Both the position numbers and the translations under genes were made by a program. The notes under the pieces were generated by a model. It searched no databases. It worked only from the letters and a program-made list of their open reading frames with translations, and was not told the origin of the DNA. Shown piece after piece: positions 59,253-64,000 of a DNA stretch of 64,000 nt. The stretch is from IMG/VR virus record IMGVR_UViG_3300017963_000192, positions 62,001 through 126,000 of that record; one strand, given 5' to 3'. Every line of letters begins with the position of its first letter. Position 1 is the first letter of the stretch.

Positions 59253-59603
59253 TTACACATAATCCATACAATAAATATCTAAATCGGCAGTAGCGACTCC
59301 GGCCTCCACTTTTGCAATAAGTATATAATCAATCTCTCTGTCTGGATCAAATTCTATCAAATCTTTACTAGAAAAAGAATCTCCATCATCAATTCCTATA
59401 CCTACAAAATTAGTAGGGTCATTAGTAAACTCCATCATTTCTTCTTGAGAGATAAAGTTGATTTCAACCTTTTTACCGCAACCATTTTTTACATAGATAT
59501 TTTTAGGAGTCGAATTTCCTATCTTACATGTTTCCACATATTGATAACCCGTACTCGTTGTATTCAACTCTGCTATAGTAACGGTGACTTTTTTGTTCTT
59601 CAC
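59253..59603 (-). CDS. Small virion (head decoration-like) protein
   Basis: GTG start with AGGAGG RBS; beta-rich. Confidence 0.5.
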   Translation of the reverse strand: MKNKKVTVTIAELNTTSTGYQYVETCKIGNSTPKNIYVKNGCGKKVEINFISQEEMMEFTNDPTNFVGIGIDDGDSFSSKDLIEFDPDREIDYILIAKVEAGVATADLDIYCMDYV

Positions 59604-59614
59604 TGAATTTCCTC

Positions 59615-60529
59615 CTACATTTTACTTCTTTTATCGTATAGTGCAGTCCTTATTTCACTATTTTGAACAACGTTAGGATGAGTTATAATAAAATCAAGTT
59701 CCTCAACATTCAAGTCTTCTGTTAAAGCCCATTGAGTAAACTCAATAGAGGTCATCCCAAGATGAGCACTTTCTGGAACACTTGAAAGTCTGAGCTTTTC
59801 CAATTTACTTAAAACAGTAGGTCTAATCCTTGGTGTTGTAGGCTGTAAAGGAGGAGGATTATGTGGAAGATTAACCTGTTGTTGGTTTTGGGCTTGCTGT
59901 GCTTGTTGCGATACTTGTGCTTGACTGATTTTCATTTGCTCAATTCTTCTCTTATTATCAAGCTCTATCTTTTTAGCTTCAAGATATTCTTCTGGAGTAA
60001 GTCTTTGCAACATTGATTTTCCTAAATCACCAGCCAACATGTTCCTTAAATCCCTAGACTTTTTAAGATCATCAAGAGTAGCATATCTTAATAAGTCCTC
60101 ACTCTTTCCCCTCAACACGTTCATGTCTAAATCAGATATTACAACGTGTCCGTTTGAATTGTTTTTAACATAAAATGTTTCGTTACCGTACTCATCCATA
60201 AAAACTTTGGCTTTAGCTGTTACTTCAGTAACACTTTTAGAGGATTCTCCGAGTTCTCTCTCTATCTCCTCTATTTTAGACTTGGTATCACTTTGAGAAG
60301 TATCTACAGCAACTGGTTGTTGTGGAACTTCTCCGCTAACATTCCCCTGAACTTGTTGTGTTGTTTGAAATTCAGGAGTAATTGTTTGACTTGTTTGAGT
60401 CGCTTGTAGATTTTGGGCATCAGTTGGAACAACGTAACCGTTAACTCCATCTTGAGTGATGTCCCTACCAACTAACTCACTTTGTTTTTGAGCCTTTCTC
60501 ATTAGCTCTTCTTGTAAATTTGGATTCAT
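59615..60529 (-). CDS. Gln-rich hypothetical protein
   Basis: 304-aa ORF with an AAGGAG RBS downstream of a candidate late promoter. Confidence 0.55.
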   Translation of the reverse strand: MNPNLQEELMRKAQKQSELVGRDITQDGVNGYVVPTDAQNLQATQTSQTITPEFQTTQQVQGNVSGEVPQQPVAVDTSQSDTKSKIEEIERELGESSKSVTEVTAKAKVFMDEYGNETFYVKNNSNGHVVISDLDMNVLRGKSEDLLRYATLDDLKKSRDLRNMLAGDLGKSMLQRLTPEEYLEAKKIELDNKRRIEQMKISQAQVSQQAQQAQNQQQVNLPHNPPPLQPTTPRIRPTVLSKLEKLRLSSVPESAHLGMTSIEFTQWALTEDLNVEELDFIITHPNVVQNSEIRTALYDKRSKM

Positions 60530-60558
60530 TTCATATCTCCTTAATATTATATTAATAC

Positions 60559-60592
60559 ATTAAAATATAACTATAATCAGTAAAATTTTAAG
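60559..60592 (-). promoter_or_regulatory. Candidate late promoter CTTAAAAT-N14-TTATATTTTAAT (perfect copy)
   Basis: Upstream of 60529. Confidence 0.6.
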
Positions 60593-61304
60593 TATTCTTT
60601 GACTTATTTATTTCTAATAAATCAGGATTGCTTTCAAGAAAATGTACAACTTCTTCTATAGAAAAAGGCTTTTTTTTATACAATTCACCATATATCATTT
60701 TAGCAAGTACATAATCCTCCTCATAATCAACTGTCAATCGAGGATATCCTAAAGGGCTTTGTAATCCAGCATTATAAAATTCAACATTGAATTTATCTCT
60801 ATTATTTTTAATGTAAGTTGTTACATGTTCTCTATCAGATTTTTTCGTTACTTCATTGTATGTTCTTTGAATGGCTTCACTTTTGAATATTTCTATGCCT
60901 GTTCCTATAGGAAGTCCAACCATAGCAAGTAAATCAAATTTTTTTTCAATTTCTCTTTTAATGGCAAAAGAACCGTAATTAACGTCAATAAAAGGGTTAT
61001 CCCCCGTTATTCTTGCTATGTATTTACTAGGATATTCCTCTGAAATTATGTAAAATCTCTCTAAAACATCCTCTATAGCACCTACAAAAACATTACATCT
61101 CATTTCAAATGCTAAATCTATTATAGGTTTATTAGAACCACAGTAACTTGTAGCTACAAACACCTCATCTACGTTCTCAAAAGCTTGAACTCTTTCAATT
61201 ACGTGTGCTAACAAAGGTTTTCCAGCCAAATCAAGCATAGCTTTATCTGGTAGCCTATTAGATTTCATTCTTGCCTGTATAACAGCTATTACGTTTTTTC
61301 TCAT
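60588..61304 (-). CDS. SpsF-like acylneuraminate/sugar cytidylyltransferase
   Basis: IQARMKSNRLPDKAM, RITGDNP, DREHVT, RLTVDYEED. Confidence 0.88.
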   Translation of the reverse strand: MRKNVIAVIQARMKSNRLPDKAMLDLAGKPLLAHVIERVQAFENVDEVFVATSYCGSNKPIIDLAFEMRCNVFVGAIEDVLERFYIISEEYPSKYIARITGDNPFIDVNYGSFAIKREIEKKFDLLAMVGLPIGTGIEIFKSEAIQRTYNEVTKKSDREHVTTYIKNNRDKFNVEFYNAGLQSPLGYPRLTVDYEEDYVLAKMIYGELYKKKPFSIEEVVHFLESNPDLLEINKSKNT

Positions 61305-61339
61305 ACGGTAGGAATATTCTTCATCTCATTTTTAATATT

Positions 61340-61373
61340 ATAAAATGATAATGAATTTAGCAAAAATTTTAAG
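61340..61373 (-). promoter_or_regulatory. Candidate late promoter CTTAAAAT-N14-TTATCATTTTAT
   Basis: Upstream of 61304. Confidence 0.5.
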
Positions 61374-61400
61374 GATATTTTTTTATTGGTTTATAAAATT

Positions 61401-61472
61401 CGTCCCTGACAGGAATCGAACCTGCTATACATAGTTTTAGAGACTATTGCCTAGCCATTTGGCTTCAGGGAC
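61401..61472 (-). tRNA. tRNA with anticodon CUA (amber suppressor-type), no encoded CCA
   Basis: GTCCCTG AA GCC AAATGGCTA GGC A ATAGT CTCTAAA ACTAT GTATA GCAGG TTCGATT CCTGT CAGGGAC G: full cloverleaf. Confidence 0.92.
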
Positions 61473-61480
61473 GAGTAACT

Positions 61481-61915
61481 TTACGCTACTTTTTCTTCAA
61501 TCCAATGTCTTTTAACACTAACAATTGTCATATTATCAACTTCAAACTCCAATTCGTACTTTTCACAGAGTTTTATGACTCTTGCATTGACCATATATAC
61601 TGTTGAGGTATCATTTACTCTGTTAGGTTCGATTTGGTCAAGGGTTTTCCCCCTACACATACTTAAAAATATGTGATTTGACCGAAATTCAAGGTAAGGG
61701 TAGTCCAAATTGCCTTTTTCACGTTCAATTTGCATCTCTTTTTGGATTTCTTGATAAGAAGAGTCTTTATCTTTCATAAATTCGGGCAAATTGCTCTTAT
61801 TTAGACATTTTGCAAGCCTACTTTCAAATTTTCGGCTTAAATGTTTCGAAATTCTTAATTTTTTTGCTAAATTCTTGTTATGTTCTCGTAATTCGATGTA
61901 TTCTTCTCTAATCAT
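61481..61915 (-). CDS. Hypothetical protein
   Basis: AAGGAG RBS; ends 8 nt before the tRNA. Confidence 0.6.
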   Translation of the reverse strand: MIREEYIELREHNKNLAKKLRISKHLSRKFESRLAKCLNKSNLPEFMKDKDSSYQEIQKEMQIEREKGNLDYPYLEFRSNHIFLSMCRGKTLDQIEPNRVNDTSTVYMVNARVIKLCEKYELEFEVDNMTIVSVKRHWIEEKVA

Positions 61916-61937
61916 TGTAAATCTCCTTATAATTAAT

Positions 61938-62033
61938 TTATAAATTGTGGTTGGTAGGTAAATTAATCATAGGAGGTGAGCGAGAACCTCTATTGGCGGG
62001 AAATTTTCTTAATATTTTGATAATCTAGGTCAT
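61938..62033 (-). other. Leader mini-ORF with an amber stop at codon 3 (MT*IIKILRK...; 31 codons if read through)
   Basis: AAGGAGG-CAAAAA-ATG ACC TAG ATT ATC ... TTA TAA. Confidence 0.4.
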
Positions 62034-62060
62034 TTTTTGCCTCCTTAACTTATAAGGTTC

Positions 62061-62089
62061 AATTTATTATAAAAGTTACAGTTTGTCAA
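62061..62089 (-). promoter_or_regulatory. Sigma70-type promoter TTGACA-N17-TAAATT
   Basis: Perfect -35 box; precedes the leader ORF, the 61481-61915 gene and the tRNA. Confidence 0.5.
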
Positions 62090-62129
62090 TAAAAAAACCC
62101 TTCTAAAAATAAGGAGGGTTTTTTTATTG
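62087..62129. terminator. Intrinsic terminator closing the pentamer array
   Basis: 15-bp inverted repeat CAATAAAAAAACCCT / AGGGTTTTTTTATTG. Confidence 0.8.
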
Positions 62130-62130
62130 G

Positions 62131-62686
62131 TTTTCTGTTCAATTCTGCTCAATTCTTATCTCTTCTGTTCAGTTCTCGTCATATCTTTTCAGCTCTTGCC
62201 ACCTCACTTCTTTTAACTAATTTGACCAGCTAAGTAATGAACTTAGAAAACTTCTTTAAAAGTTCTGGTCTTTTCTACTCTTAACTTCTCAGATCTAAAC
62301 TATTCAAATCTCGTCTACTCTTAACTTGCCTGATCTAGTCTGTTCCTATCTTATAACTAATTTGGGCAGTTAGGTAACGAACCTAATTAATTTCTTTAAA
62401 AATTCTGCCCTCCTCTGTTCTGGACAATTCTTTTCTTTCCTATTCTTTACTCATCAAAACTATCCTACTCTACTCATGTCTGCTCTTTTCTTCTCTCCTC
62501 TTTCCATTTAACTAATTAGGGCAGCCAAGTAATGAACTTGAACAATTCCTTTAAGAATTCTGCCCTCTTTGCTATTCTTGTCTTCTCAGATCTAAACTAT
62601 TCAATTCTCGTCTATTCTTAACTTGCCTGATCTAACCTGATCTTATCTTATAACTAATTTGGGCAGTGGAGGATTAGAACCTCCAC
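62131..62686 (-). ncRNA. Putative guide-RNA array: 4 phased pentamer tracts (15, 19, 16, 16 units of consensus AGA-NN) separated by structured 57-nt repeats
   Basis: Repeats at 62214-62270, 62354-62410, 62509-62565 and a half repeat at 62651-62686; all 66 pentamers have an invariant G. Confidence 0.85.
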
Positions 62687-62704
62687 TAACAAACCAAAGT
62701 TATA

Positions 62705-63448
62705 TTAACCAACCTTTGCCCAATTCTTATCTTTGATAACTGGATTAAATGGTTCAATGGTGTCTGATGCAACAATGCCTTTAATTGAATATGTTCCATA
62801 TGTTCCAGAATTTTCCGGTCTCCAGGCACCGTATCCAGATAATGCTCCAGCTTTTACTATTATCTCAGTCATTTGTTCTGGACTAATAACGTTTTCATCA
62901 AAAGCAACTCTTAAATTTAAAGTCCAATCAGAAAACATTGCTCTGTAAAAAGGCACCAAACTCCCTTTCTTACCACCGAGATTTCCAAGTTCAATGCTTT
63001 TATCGTACTTTTTATATTTAATTGGAATTAAACCTCTCCTTGCTGTAGGAACTACAAAAATAGCCGCCTCTAATGCTTTTTTCATTTTTCTTCCTAGGAG
63101 ATTTTGACCAACATTTACAAACGATTTTTTAAATCCTATTGCAGGTACTCCTACTAAACCTTTTTTTTCATCGAGCCAATGAGCCTTTCCTTTACATTCC
63201 TCATCAGGGTCAACTGCTTTGGTTCTTTTAAGGATTTTATTTTTTTCTTTTTCAAAATCTTCTCTTCGCTCTTTTAAAAGATTTTTTGATTTTGCGTTTT
63301 GAAGAAGCTCTGTTTGCCCTTCAATAACAAACTCAATCCACGAAATAAATCGAGATGGCTCTATAATATTTAGATTATCTTTTACAGAGCCTCCCTTTTT
63401 TTCTGCTTTTTTGCCTAATTCTTGTACACTATCCTTTTTCTTTGGCAT
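62705..63448 (-). CDS. RAMP/Cas7-like RRM-fold protein, candidate effector of the pentamer array
   Basis: FVIEGQTELL first strand, VGVPAIGFKKSF (like the RAMP IPgssiKG motif), YRAMFSDWTL, Gly-rich C-terminal loop AGALSGYGAWRPENSGTYGTY. Confidence 0.7.
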   Translation of the reverse strand: MPKKKDSVQELGKKAEKKGGSVKDNLNIIEPSRFISWIEFVIEGQTELLQNAKSKNLLKERREDFEKEKNKILKRTKAVDPDEECKGKAHWLDEKKGLVGVPAIGFKKSFVNVGQNLLGRKMKKALEAAIFVVPTARRGLIPIKYKKYDKSIELGNLGGKKGSLVPFYRAMFSDWTLNLRVAFDENVISPEQMTEIIVKAGALSGYGAWRPENSGTYGTYSIKGIVASDTIEPFNPVIKDKNWAKVG

Positions 63449-63474
63449 AATTAATTCCTCCTGCTAATTTAATA

Positions 63475-64000
63475 TTAAATCAAAGGCTCATATTCATTCA
63501 CAATTTCTTGTAAAATACTAATCACCTTTTTTAATCTTTTTTCTATTGCTATAAAATGTAAATTTGCTTCACAATCATTTATAAGTGCTTTAGCTAATTT
63601 AACATATTGTAATGCTTGTTTCTTATCATCTATAATTATATCCGATAAATATTGAATCCTTTTATATTTTTTGTTAGATGTTGTTTTTACTCCATGAGAG
63701 CTATATTGAACAGGTATCTCTTTAAGAGAGTGTTTTATTATTTTATTGGCTGGTGCTTTTATTCTTGGTATAGGAACAAATGTAATAGACCTTTCTAATT
63801 GAGATATTTCTCTTGAAACATAAAGCAAATGCCCTTTCTTTTTATCCATAGTTAGAAGCTTGTGTATTTCTCTAAAATTATTAGAATCATATTGCTTTAT
63901 TAACATCTTTGCTATTTCTTTTGTAGTTTCTGCTCCAGTTTCATTTAAAAATTTGTAATAATCTTCTATACAAAGATTTTCATCAATATTTTTGCTTATC
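63475..64000 (-). CDS. Hypothetical protein; 5' end lies beyond the window
   Basis: The frame of the listed ORF (ATG 63906) stays open to the window edge (ISKNIDENL...EIAKMLIK). Confidence 0.55.
   Translation of the reverse strand, partial: ISKNIDENLCIEDYYKFLNETGAETTKEIAKMLIKQYDSNNFREIHKLLTMDKKKGHLLYVSREISQLERSITFVPIPRIKAPANKIIKHSLKEIPVQYSSHGVKTTSNKKYKRIQYLSDIIIDDKKQALQYVKLAKALINDCEANLHFIAIEKRLKKVISILQEIVNEYEPLI

Noticed and set aside
61401-61472. tRNA-Pyl
   Set aside because: It has a canonical GG D-loop, a TTC T-loop, a 5-bp anticodon stem and a 5-nt variable loop, unlike tRNA-Pyl; no pyl genes are seen
62066-62089. TTGACA...TATAAT perfect consensus pair
   Set aside because: The spacing is only 12 nt; the 17-nt-spaced TAAATT was used as the -10 box instead
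62131-62686. Calling the array a CRISPR array
   Set aside because: The repeats are 57 nt and degenerate but structurally covarying, the spacers are 83-98 nt with strict internal 5-nt periodicity, and no cas1/cas2/cas6 or other effector genes are adjacent
62131-62686. Array as a low-complexity coding region or simple microsatellite
   Set aside because: No ORF of 60 aa or more, a period of 5 is incompatible with codon structure, and positions 3-4 are diverse while position 1 is invariant, unlike slippage-generated repeats
62131-63448. TIGR-Tas assignment
   Set aside because: The protein shows RAMP-like rather than Nop-domain motifs, and the units lack short dual-spacer/box C-D-like organisation
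1-64000. Genome-wide TAG reassignment (genetic code 15)
   Set aside because: Long genes are intact under code 11, and 19 genes end in TAG at positions abutting the next RBS or start

Overview
A 64-kb segment of a very AT-rich, large contractile-tailed (myovirus-like, probably jumbo) phage genome. All credible genes but one are on the minus strand. In window order it contains: (1) a glycan-building cluster (methyltransferase, three GT2 enzymes, an intein-containing radical SAM enzyme, an epimerase, a GT-B-like enzyme); (2) a tail/baseplate module (baseplate J-like, spike, hub, tape measure, tail chaperone with a clear -1 frameshift signal, tube, sheath, neck); (3) a bacterial-style signalling island (HD-GYP, REC, PAS-PAS, MshEN, STAS); (4) more virion genes with a second intein and free-standing endonucleases; (5) accessory genes (YhhN, further STAS proteins, GroES, ARPP-1-like, cytidylyltransferase); (6) an amber-reading tRNA(CUA). 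The strongest signal is at 62.1-63.4 kb. A RAMP/Cas7-like gene is followed directly by a non-coding array of four tracts built from strictly phased pentamers (66/66 with G at position 1, consensus AGA-NN). The tracts are separated by 57-nt repeats that fold into a covarying three-stem junction, and the array ends in a terminator. This looks like an RNA-guided system with a non-contiguous guide code rather than a CRISPR array. A bipartite motif, CTTAAAAT-N14-TTATATTTTAAT, occurs in 8 intergenic gaps and is a candidate late promoter. All family assignments come from motif recognition by eye; no database searches were run.
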